A stretch of 64,000 bases of DNA, from contig CBDBFU010000015.1 of the NCBI GenBank assembly GCA_965205025.1, forward strand, positions 96,001-160,000. The letters are read 5' to 3'. Position numbers and translations under genes: made by a program. This DNA comes from Candidatus Poribacteria bacterium. GTDB lineage: Bacteria > Poribacteria > WGA-4E > WGA-3G. Shown piece after piece: positions 40,913-48,998 of this stretch. The stretch's first letter is position 1. Every line of letters starts with the position of its first letter. The notes beneath the pieces are model-generated. The model had not been told where the DNA came from and searched no databases. It saw only the letters and a list, made by a program, of their open reading frames with translations.

Positions 40913-41017
40913 GTAGGAATACTTGATAAGCACTCTCTCAATCACATTATATCGTTTATTTTAATTCAAAACTGATATTCTGAATAATCTATTAACAAGA
41001 GTTAAGGAGATTTCATA

Positions 41018-41644
41018 ATGAAAAACTTCTGTAAAAAAGTTCGTACAACTGCGTTCACTATCCCTCTTTTGATGAGTATCTGCTGTCTTGCAATCGGAGC
41101 AGGATTAGGGGTAAGTTGGAAGAAATCCGATGTTACACCAGTAGTTATCGTCGAACCTGGCATTGGAAGTTTCAAACCAATGTTCGGCAGTTCAATTGGA
41201 AACAAATGGTCCAAGGATCAGGTAAAGCCTGTCCTTTTAGTAAAGCCTGGTATTGGTGGTTTTGTGCCCTATAGTGGGAGTACCGTTGGCAAACGCTGGA
41301 CAAAGAAAGATGTAGAACCTGTAATGCTTGTTGAACATAGTATCACAACATTTATACCATTACGTATTCTAACCTCAGTTGATAAGTTATTAAGTGGAGG
41401 CACATCACTAACCTTTCCTAAGACTCCACCTGTTATTGAGAGTAAAGTTGATGGAACATTTAACGGATGGGATGGAGAAACTATCGTAAAACTATCAAAT
41501 GGACAGATATGGCAACAAACAAAGTATTACTATCGTTATCGCTATCGTTATCGACCAGAAGTATTGATTTACAAATCAGGTAGCGTATACAAGATGATAG
41601 TAGAAGGAGTTGATAAGGCAGTGCAGGTGAAAAGACTGAAATAG
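41018..41644 (+). CDS. Exported hypothetical protein with internal ~30-aa repeats
   Basis: N-terminal TM/signal; W-x-K-x-x-V-x-PV repeats; C-terminal IESKVDGTFNGWDGETIVKLSNGQIWQQ domain. Confidence 0.7.
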   Translation: MKNFCKKVRTTAFTIPLLMSICCLAIGAGLGVSWKKSDVTPVVIVEPGIGSFKPMFGSSIGNKWSKDQVKPVLLVKPGIGGFVPYSGSTVGKRWTKKDVEPVMLVEHSITTFIPLRILTSVDKLLSGGTSLTFPKTPPVIESKVDGTFNGWDGETIVKLSNGQIWQQTKYYYRYRYRYRPEVLIYKSGSVYKMIVEGVDKAVQVKRLK

Positions 41645-41903
41645 TACTTACTATAGTTTGGACAGTTTTTTGAGTCGTGATGCTTTTCATTTTCATTTTA
41701 AAATCTCTTGCTAAAACACATTTCGCCCCTCTGTGGCTTGGAGTGGGATTGGAAATAAACTATACACCTTCCATCCCTTTGGGACTGCCACTTTGATGTC
41801 TGACATATTTTCGTTGAGTTAAAACACTGATGGTATTATCTATCATTGGCGTGCACAATAGAGAACAACACTGAGTAGTGCCAAACAACATAAGGAGACA
41901 ATT

Positions 41904-42356
41904 ATGAAAATTATAAACTTACCCTTTGATGGATTTACCAATAAAGGTATTAGCCTTTACGAGGAAGGCCGCTATGGCGAAGCAATTACCATTTTTAGTG
42001 AGGTAATTCGCAAAGACAATGAAGCGGTTGTAGCATACTACTATCGAGGGTTGTCAAAATATGATCTTAGTCAATATGGAGAAGCGATTGCTGACTATGA
42101 TAGAGTCATTGATCTCACCACCAATGATTATGACGAAGTGTATGAGAAGCGCGGTCTTGCAAGATTCGCACTTAAACAATACAAGTTGGCCATTCGTGAT
42201 TTTGATGAGGCAATTCATATCAATCCACATAACGCTGATGCATTTAAGCTTAGAGGTACTGCAAAGATAAAATCTGGTGATAGAATCTCAGGAAACGAAG
42301 ACATTGAAAAGGCGTGTCAACTTCACTCTCGCTGGGAAGTTAAAGTTGCTAATTAA
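41904..42356 (+). CDS. Small TPR repeat protein
   Basis: About 4 TPRs (AYYYRG, VYEKRG, AFKLRG); RBS AAGGAG. Confidence 0.85.
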   Translation: MKIINLPFDGFTNKGISLYEEGRYGEAITIFSEVIRKDNEAVVAYYYRGLSKYDLSQYGEAIADYDRVIDLTTNDYDEVYEKRGLARFALKQYKLAIRDFDEAIHINPHNADAFKLRGTAKIKSGDRISGNEDIEKACQLHSRWEVKVAN

Positions 42357-42477
42357 CACTTGTCGTGTATGAGTATCTAAGCACAACTCATAAGTGGATA
42401 CGTCCTGACACACCTAATAGACCTATAGATCCAGATCCATTAGGGATGTATTGAGAAAATTAGACGAGGAAGTATCA

Positions 42478-43857
42478 ATGAAATATAGAAACACATTATT
42501 TTGGAAGTCATACCCCCAAATCGCTATTGTAGTTTTACTCCTCTTTTCCACAATAAGCACAGCACCTGCCCAAACAACGTTACCAGCTGAAGATATTGCT
42601 GAAAAAGCATTAGCAGCAACAGTATATTTGGAAATGAAGGATAACACTGGCAAAACCTTGGGTATCGGCAGCGGGTTCTTTGTGAAACCGAATCTAATTG
42701 CTACCAACTACCACGTGATTGAAGGTGCTGCAAAAGGCACTGCAAAGTTAGTTGGCAAATACACCACATACAAGATTGAAGGCGTTACAGGAACGGACAA
42801 AACAAATGACCTCGCACTTCTAAAGGTCACTACTTACGGGATCAAGCCACTTTCTCTTGGCAACAGTGATATAGTAAAGATTGGTTCTACGGTTTACGTC
42901 GCTGGCAATCCGAAAGGACTGGAAGGCACGTTCTCGGATGGTATTATTAGCAGCCGTCGCGATAAATACATAAAAGAACGCCTGCAGATGACTGCACCGA
43001 TTTCACCGGGGAGCAGTGGCGGTCCCGTGCTAAACAAAAAAGGTGAAGTTATTGGAGTTTCCGTTGCAGTTCATCGTGCTTTGGATGCACAAAATCTCAA
43101 TTTTGCTATTCCATCAAAATATCTCAAGAAACTGCTGGTGCACTCAAAGATAGCAAAACCCTTATCGCAAGTAAAACAATCTATATCTGCTGATACTTAC
43201 TTTCAATGGGGCAATGCAAAGTACGATTTAGGCGATTATGCGGGTGCCATTGCAGACTATACAATGGCTATCATACTCAAACCTGATGATGCTTTGGCTT
43301 ATAACAATCGTGGAAATGCGAGGGAAAAGTCAGGACAATACTTTGCAGCTATAGCAGATTTTGACACGGCTATACGACTAAAACCTGATGATGCTTTGGC
43401 TTATAACAATCGTGGAATTGCGAAGGCTAACTTGGAACAATACTTTGCAGCTATAGCAGATTTTGACATCGCTATACGACTAAAACCTGATCTTACCGAG
43501 GCATACTACAATCGGGGAATTGCGAAGTTTCACTTGGAACAATACATTGCTGCCATTGCGAACTATAATAAAGCCATCCGACTAAAACCTGATTATGTCA
43601 GTGCATACATCAATCGGGGAATTGCGAAGGGAGAGTTAGGACAATACTTTGCTGCTATCGCTGATTTTGACACTGCTATCCGACTAAAACCTGATGATGC
43701 CTTTGCATACTACAGACGGGGAATTGCAAAAGAAGATTTAGGTCGGACACTGGAAGCGAAGCAAGATTTCCGAACTGCTATACAACTTGCGATAAAAGCG
43801 GGTGATGTAACTAATAAAACTTACGCCGAGAATGCACTGCGTATTCTCAATCAGTGA
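42478..43857 (+). CDS. Secreted trypsin-like serine protease + 6 TPRs
   Basis: Intact triad TNYHV / DLALL / PGSSGGP; six TPRs; paralogue of 39254-40912. Confidence 0.9.
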   Translation: MKYRNTLFWKSYPQIAIVVLLLFSTISTAPAQTTLPAEDIAEKALAATVYLEMKDNTGKTLGIGSGFFVKPNLIATNYHVIEGAAKGTAKLVGKYTTYKIEGVTGTDKTNDLALLKVTTYGIKPLSLGNSDIVKIGSTVYVAGNPKGLEGTFSDGIISSRRDKYIKERLQMTAPISPGSSGGPVLNKKGEVIGVSVAVHRALDAQNLNFAIPSKYLKKLLVHSKIAKPLSQVKQSISADTYFQWGNAKYDLGDYAGAIADYTMAIILKPDDALAYNNRGNAREKSGQYFAAIADFDTAIRLKPDDALAYNNRGIAKANLEQYFAAIADFDIAIRLKPDLTEAYYNRGIAKFHLEQYIAAIANYNKAIRLKPDYVSAYINRGIAKGELGQYFAAIADFDTAIRLKPDDAFAYYRRGIAKEDLGRTLEAKQDFRTAIQLAIKAGDVTNKTYAENALRILNQ

Positions 43858-44055
43858 GTAAGAACGCTTAATAAGCACTCTCTCAATCGCGTTGTATCCG
43901 GTAGAGAGTTTCACACAAAAAATCTGTGATGTGGAATGAAACAATTTACCCAGATCTAAACGTATGGAGTATATAATATACCGAAAAAATTTGCCAATTT
44001 TTACCGAAACGCTGTATCATGCCCATAGCGAATCCCCTGGAGGCACACGATTCAA

Positions 44056-44259
44056 ATGTCGTCAGAACGTAAAATATTAATGATAGGTGTATTATTGATC
44101 GTTGCCGCGATTATCACCTGTATCTTTATCTCCGATTGGTTTTTTAACCGCAATCTCCTTACAGAAACATTGGTCGGTATCCTGATAGGAACGCCGCTCG
44201 GTTGGCTTGGCGCTTATGTAGCGTTTTATACTGTTGAAAGCAACGGAAAAAAAGACTAA
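44056..44259 (+). CDS. Small two-TM membrane protein
   Basis: 67 aa, GGAGG upstream, two hydrophobic helices. Confidence 0.55.
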   Translation: MSSERKILMIGVLLIVAAIITCIFISDWFFNRNLLTETLVGILIGTPLGWLGAYVAFYTVESNGKKD

Positions 44260-44353
44260 CCGCTGACAGCTAAATACCCTACCGAAGTGTTGATCTGTAT
44301 CAGATTCTTAATCAAATAGAACATTTCAAATTGCTACAGAAAAGGAGGATACT

Positions 44354-44586
44354 ATGTCAATTTTGGAATTGCTTAATGAAATAGAAAAAAGAACGAATCC
44401 TTAAAAATACATATTGACCCTATCAGATCATTATTAACATCAGATTCAGAACTTTCTTTCATTATTCAAGAGATTATGGAACTATATGAACTAATGAGGC
44501 ATGAGAAACCATCAAGTGAAAATTATAAGAAATATGAGGTACAATTAAAATCATTCTTTATACATATCAATAAACTGCGAAAATAG
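44354..44586 (+). pseudogene. Small helical protein gene with a frameshift in an A6 run
   Basis: Strong RBS AAGGAGG, ATG 44354; adding one A at 44385-44390 gives a 77-aa ORF (MSILELLNEIEKKNESLKIHIDPIRSLL..NKLRK*). Confidence 0.5.
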
Positions 44587-44639
44587 AATTGAAAGATGGA
44601 AATTTTATCTTTGTGATTCGGTTAAAGTATCGCGCCCAT

Positions 44640-44735
44640 ACTGCTATACAGCTTGCGATAAAAGCAGGTGATGTAACTACCAAAACTAACGCTGAGGAAG
44701 TACTGCGTATTCTCAATGAGTGAGTAGGAACGCTT
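44640..44735 (+). pseudogene. Orphan 3' end of a third trypsin-TPR paralogue
   Basis: Encodes TAIQLAIKAGDVTTKTNAEEVLRILNE* plus the conserved downstream gagtaggaacgctt, matching ends at ~40829-40925 and ~43774-43870. Confidence 0.8.
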
Positions 44736-44767
44736 TGTAGGAACGCTTTGTAGGAACGCTTTGTAGG
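44724..44767. repeat. 13-bp tandem repeat x3.4
   Basis: (gtaggaacgcttt)x3 + gtagg. Confidence 0.9.
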
Positions 44768-45031
44768 TCAGTAAAATTGGCATTTTGCTTTCGACTTTGG
44801 TATAATTGGTTGATGATCATATTTTCGTATTAAATGAAGTATCGGATTAAATTCAACAAGGTGTAGAAAAAAACGTCGCTGAATTATCAGCAACGGGTAA
44901 ACGGTGAAGTTAAGATTCACCGCAGAATACACGGCCTTATTTGAACGAGTGATAGTTTATTTTACCGTATTATTGATGAATTTCCAACTTTGTCGGATAG
45001 GTTTGGTTGCGGATATTTTAAAGGAGTTCTG

Positions 45032-45385
45032 ATGAAGAACGAATGTAAGTTTTACGTGTCAGGGATTACGAATGCTGAGATCGACGAATTGACGTCCAAG
45101 TTAGATCAAGATTTGGAAAATGCGTCGTGGGACGAGATTGTAGGCTTTATTTCTGAGCAATATCCACAGGCAAAGTTGATCAGGGTATCTAACATTGCTG
45201 ATAAAATAAGGAAGGATCTTTTGGAGCAAAATCTACATGATAAAAAGAAAATGGATGAATCACTCGTGAATGCGATACTAAGCCACATAGATGAAACTGT
45301 CCAGAATGTAAATTTGCAAGTTAGCGTGCCAGAAGAATATAAAAATCTGGTAGGCAATAAGTATCTATTTCTTATTGATGATTAG
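45032..45385 (+). CDS. Hypothetical protein
   Basis: RBS AAGGAG before ATG 45032; acidic helical sequence. Confidence 0.55.
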   Translation: MKNECKFYVSGITNAEIDELTSKLDQDLENASWDEIVGFISEQYPQAKLIRVSNIADKIRKDLLEQNLHDKKKMDESLVNAILSHIDETVQNVNLQVSVPEEYKNLVGNKYLFLIDD

Positions 45386-45582
45386 TGCTTGGTGCAGAAC
45401 GTTGTTGGTAGGGGATTCGACCTGTCTCGCTTGAGGCAGTCCCTATTGAACCGAGTCGAATTGGGAACAGTGCGAAAATTGAACAGTGTGATGCTATAAA
45501 CCTGCTCAGAGCGGACAATATTCTTCATGGTTAAATGGCTTTACGAAAATACATTGACTGATATTTATAAAGGAGAAAACCA

Positions 45583-45930
45583 ATGTCAGATGATAAGATG
45601 ACACGTGAAGAGGCTTTTGATATATTAGATAAACATGCTGAAAGTATGGAAACTAAAAGACAACAATATGCTGAGGTTATGGGTGATAATCTCTCCTATC
45701 ATGGAGAGTCCATTCTAAAAGAGATGGAAAATAATGGTGAATCTTGGCAAGATGTTGATTGCTATAAAATTGGTCATGGTAAATATGAAAATGTTCCATT
45801 TCATATTTGGACGACTAACTTTATATATTTCCCAATAAGGATTGCAGCCGGGATCCCCGGTATGATATATCATATAAAAAGTATACCTCGCAATCCCAGA
45901 AAAGATGTAATTCCGAAATGGTTGAACTAA
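45583..45930 (+). CDS. Hypothetical protein (phage-like)
   Basis: RBS AAGGAG; PFHIWTTNFIYFP..SIPRNP motif, reminiscent of small phage proteins. Confidence 0.6.
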   Translation: MSDDKMTREEAFDILDKHAESMETKRQQYAEVMGDNLSYHGESILKEMENNGESWQDVDCYKIGHGKYENVPFHIWTTNFIYFPIRIAAGIPGMIYHIKSIPRNPRKDVIPKWLN

Positions 45931-45943
45931 GGAGGATTCAACT

Positions 45944-46408
45944 TTGAATCAGAAAATAGTTAGAGAAGTTAATTTATATACCAGAGAATTTAACTATATT
46001 TATGAATCTGACTCACCGCCAGAAAGATTTCAATACTTCCAAAAGTGTTTAGAATATGGAGTAAACCTACTTAATAAAGGTGAATTACCTATAATATGTA
46101 GCATAAAATGTGATCATGTCTCAGCTCTATCATCAGAAAGAGGTCATTGGATGACATATTCAGTTGTTATACCAGAAAACGGTATATCAAAAAAGGGTTA
46201 TGTTAAAAATATTTGGATAGCACAACGTCATGAAAAAGTAGAATATGATTCTAAAGAGCACATTTTCATAGATCCATTTCTTCATAATTCGAATAGCTGG
46301 ATACACGGTTTTATTACATCAGGTGATAATCTAACAAGACTATTAGCAAGCAAAAGTATAAAGTCAAGTTATATATGCGATGAATTTCTTTACAGAATTG
46401 TTGAATAA
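45944..46408 (+). CDS. Hypothetical protein
   Basis: RBS AAGGAGG before TTG start; 154 aa. Confidence 0.55.
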   Translation: MNQKIVREVNLYTREFNYIYESDSPPERFQYFQKCLEYGVNLLNKGELPIICSIKCDHVSALSSERGHWMTYSVVIPENGISKKGYVKNIWIAQRHEKVEYDSKEHIFIDPFLHNSNSWIHGFITSGDNLTRLLASKSIKSSYICDEFLYRIVE

Positions 46409-46442
46409 GAATTTTTAACCATAATCAGTGGAAAGGAAATAT

Positions 46443-46766
46443 ATGCCAAATGATAATATTGAATACCATATAAAAGTAAGTCTTTTGCTGAATATTCTAA
46501 ATGATGGTGAAGAACATAATAGAAGTGACGTAATCAAAAGCGTTGTCAATATATTTGCGAATCTATTTTATAAAGATACAGTTATTGAAATACCAGACTT
46601 AAATAATCCTATAACAGAGAGACTCGAAAGATGTTGCAGCACAGTTCTGAGCGAATTGAAGACTATTGGATACGTAGAAAATGTGCGACCTGGATACTGG
46701 AAAATAACCTCTAATGGAATAGACTACAGAAACCAAATAAAAGAACTTCTAAAGACACCTTCATAG
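46443..46766 (+). CDS. Stand-alone Mrr N-terminal-like winged-helix protein
   Basis: LLNILNDGEEH..DV..V...F...ELKTIGYVENVRPGYWKITSNG matches the Mrr_N pattern (L..L.DG....L...G.......G...IT..G). Confidence 0.65.
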   Translation: MPNDNIEYHIKVSLLLNILNDGEEHNRSDVIKSVVNIFANLFYKDTVIEIPDLNNPITERLERCCSTVLSELKTIGYVENVRPGYWKITSNGIDYRNQIKELLKTPS

Positions 46767-46793
46767 ATCTTTGAACATTTATCTTAGGTGTTG

Positions 46794-47150
46794 CTATTTA
46801 CGCCGTTCGTATTCATTTTCGCTCAAACGCCACCCAATTCGTTTTTCTGTTACCGTAACTACCGGTTGGGCACGACCATTTTCCTGAAGTTTATTTAGGA
46901 TACCCTCTATTAAAAATCCTGCCCAGTTATTGCTATCTTCTATCCCTGGCAATTCCATCCGTTTTTTGATTGCGTTTATATCCATATACTTCTCATCCGG
47001 TGATGGGAGTATATCTAACACAGCTTCCTCTAATAAATGTATAGCTGCTTTTGTAGCAAGTTTTGGCTCGTCAGGATTTTCACCAAGATAGTTGATTTCG
47101 AGTATATATACCTCGTTCTCATTTTTTACATTAGAATATCGTTTTGACAT
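46794..47150 (-). CDS. Hypothetical winged-helix-like protein
   Basis: RBS AAGGAG before ATG 47150; LEEAVLDIL..I..RMEL..ILNKLQENGRA..WRL. Confidence 0.55.
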   Translation of the reverse strand: MSKRYSNVKNENEVYILEINYLGENPDEPKLATKAAIHLLEEAVLDILPSPDEKYMDINAIKKRMELPGIEDSNNWAGFLIEGILNKLQENGRAQPVVTVTEKRIGWRLSENEYERRK

Positions 47151-47329
47151 TTCTATATCTCCTTTATAGATTTGCGGGGTTTTTCGGATCCCCGAAGGAT
47201 TCTGTAACCCAGTATCGCGAAGTTGGTAGGAAAGAACGCTGATTCCCAACATAGAAATAGGCGCGCTGCCAAGCACGCCTATAATCCATCAATATGAAAA
47301 GTTTTATTTCTTCTATTCTTTTTAAACTG

Positions 47330-47602
47330 TCACGATTTCAAGTATTTATCAACCTCGTTTTTATGACCGACCCAATACCATAAAATTGTACCGTTAATTT
47401 CTTTTCCTAAAGCTCTGTAGTTTCGGTCAATGCGTATAGACCATCGTCCTGCCACCTTTTTGAATCGTAATGATGGGGGCAGAACAATTGTCATTAAATA
47501 TTCAAATTGTTTTAGAACTTTAGATTGTACATTGCTTGGAAGTGCGTTGACTAAATTATGAAAATTGTTGTCCTGGACGTGTTGAAAATCAAGATTGTTC
47601 AT
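47330..47602 (-). CDS. RelE/ParE-like type II toxin
   Basis: LPSNVQ..PSLRFKKV..WSIRIDRNYRALG..WYWVGH..D. Confidence 0.75.
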   Translation of the reverse strand: MNNLDFQHVQDNNFHNLVNALPSNVQSKVLKQFEYLMTIVLPPSLRFKKVAGRWSIRIDRNYRALGKEINGTILWYWVGHKNEVDKYLKS

Positions 47603-47910
47603 GATAGAGGGACAAGTTCAGTGTATTTCCCCTCATCGTAGTTTTGCTGCGCTTGAGCTTCAAGTTTTGCGATTGTTTCGGACGTGGCAGCTTCAGTCAA
47701 TAAACATTCCCATGCTTCTTCTTCCCGTATCAACTCCTGATTGACTTCGCCCGGCAATTTTTGTTCAACTTCTTCAATAGTATCACCGAAGCATTTAAGT
47801 TCGGGTATGTCTGGAACTAAGCCAACCCAACCAGCACCATTTCTTTCAATATGTGCAGTAAACGTCTCATCAAACAATTTATTGTGGATTAAGTACGTTT
47901 TTGCAGCCAT
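47599..47910 (-). CDS. Antitoxin with HicB-like N-terminal domain
   Basis: WVGLVPDIPELKCFGDTIEEV (HicB-like) plus acidic C-terminal helix; ATGA 4-bp overlap with the toxin. Confidence 0.7.
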   Translation of the reverse strand: MAAKTYLIHNKLFDETFTAHIERNGAGWVGLVPDIPELKCFGDTIEEVEQKLPGEVNQELIREEEAWECLLTEAATSETIAKLEAQAQQNYDEGKYTELVPLS

Positions 47911-48015
47911 TGTATGCTCCTTATAGAATCATATCCTTATTGGACAGTCACTTTTCTTTTGTTTCGCCGCAACGTTTTGTTTGGTTTCGTAACGTTTCGG
48001 TTCGTCACAACAACT

Positions 48016-48070
48016 ATTATACAAAATTTTCAATAGAATTTTCAATAGAATTTTCAATAGAATTTTCAAT
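48016..48070 (-). repeat. 12-bp tandem repeat x3.8 overlapping the probable TA promoter
   Basis: (aattttcaatag)n at 48025-48070; minus strand TTGAAA-18 bp-TATAAT (48016-48021). Confidence 0.75.
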
Positions 48071-48328
48071 TGTAAGGATTTCTGTCAGGTGCCGGTGGGG
48101 GTTCAGTAAACTTCTCACCTCGTGCCTCCCCTCTTCCATCCTTCCATCAACAAACCCTCTTCTCCGTGTAATCCGCTATTCAGACATATTAACTGTAAAC
48201 TGTAAAAAATATTGAAGAAAACCAAACCATAGTACAACTAAAGACATAAAATAATAAAATCACAATCAAAAAGTAAATAACAAAAGTAAATTTATTATAG
48301 AATAGTATTACATAAAACAACATTTTAC

Positions 48329-48357
48329 TTGACACATGTGTTTTATTATGTTACTAT
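48329..48357 (+). promoter_or_regulatory. Sigma70-type promoter pointing into the non-coding right arm of the island
   Basis: TTGACA-17 bp-TACTAT with extended TG. Confidence 0.45.
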
Positions 48358-48975
48358 ATATATTACAGAAAATGAATAGTATGCAATGTTGTTATGAAAC
48401 TAATGCAACTGTTGTGAAAGTTTCATAACAGTTATGAAAAGGAAATCACAATCTGATACACCTACAAACCTATACCAGAACAGGGTTCAGAACACTTCAA
48501 ACAAGAACAGAGTATGAATTTTTAAAAAAAATTAAAAAACTAACATATTTTGAGATATTTCAACAAACCCTTTCTGGGACTGACTTTAGAACAGTTTTAA
48601 AACATGCTGTTTAAAAATTGTGTTGTGAAAATAAAACTATGGTGTATCTCATAAATATGAATCGTTATTCACATCTACAAAAAGAAGATAGAGCAATAAA
48701 TAGGAAGAAAAGAAATGATAATCCAACATTTACATAAAAAGACAATCAGACATAGAAAAAATAGCGAATCGCTTCAGTGCTCAGGAAATCCAGAAAAACC
48801 AGAAAATGACACAAAACTCAAAATTCTTAAAATTTTAAGAAATTACCATGAACCCAGTCTATCACAGGGATTAGAGCAATATTACAAAGTTACACCATGT
48901 AACGAAAAGTGTAACTTTTTCATTTTACTCACTTTCAATTTACTAAAGAGTATCTCATTAATACAGTTCCTCTTC

Positions 48976-48998
48976 GTAGGGACGGGGTCTCCCCGTCC
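48976..48998. repeat. GTAG-tagged REP-like palindrome
   Basis: gtag-ggacgggg-tct-ccccgtcc. Confidence 0.7.

Noticed and set aside
44380-44395. Programmed -1 frameshift at AAAAAAG
   Set aside because: The heptamer is not in the canonical A-AAA-AAG phase; a simple indel is more likely.
44640-44723. Orphan gene-end copy as the template repeat of a diversity-generating retroelement
   Set aside because: Differences from the two gene ends are not confined to adenines (e.g. ggt/ggg, gct/gca/gcc, gta/gca), and no reverse transcriptase is in the window.
33100-48200. Integron cassette array or prophage
   Set aside because: No tyrosine/serine integrase, no convincing RYYYAAC..GTTRRRY attC pairs seen by eye, and no structural phage genes or tRNA attachment site.
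47901-48215. 104-aa ORF with FSIE repeats
   Set aside because: It is a translation of the 12-bp tandem repeat in the TA promoter region.
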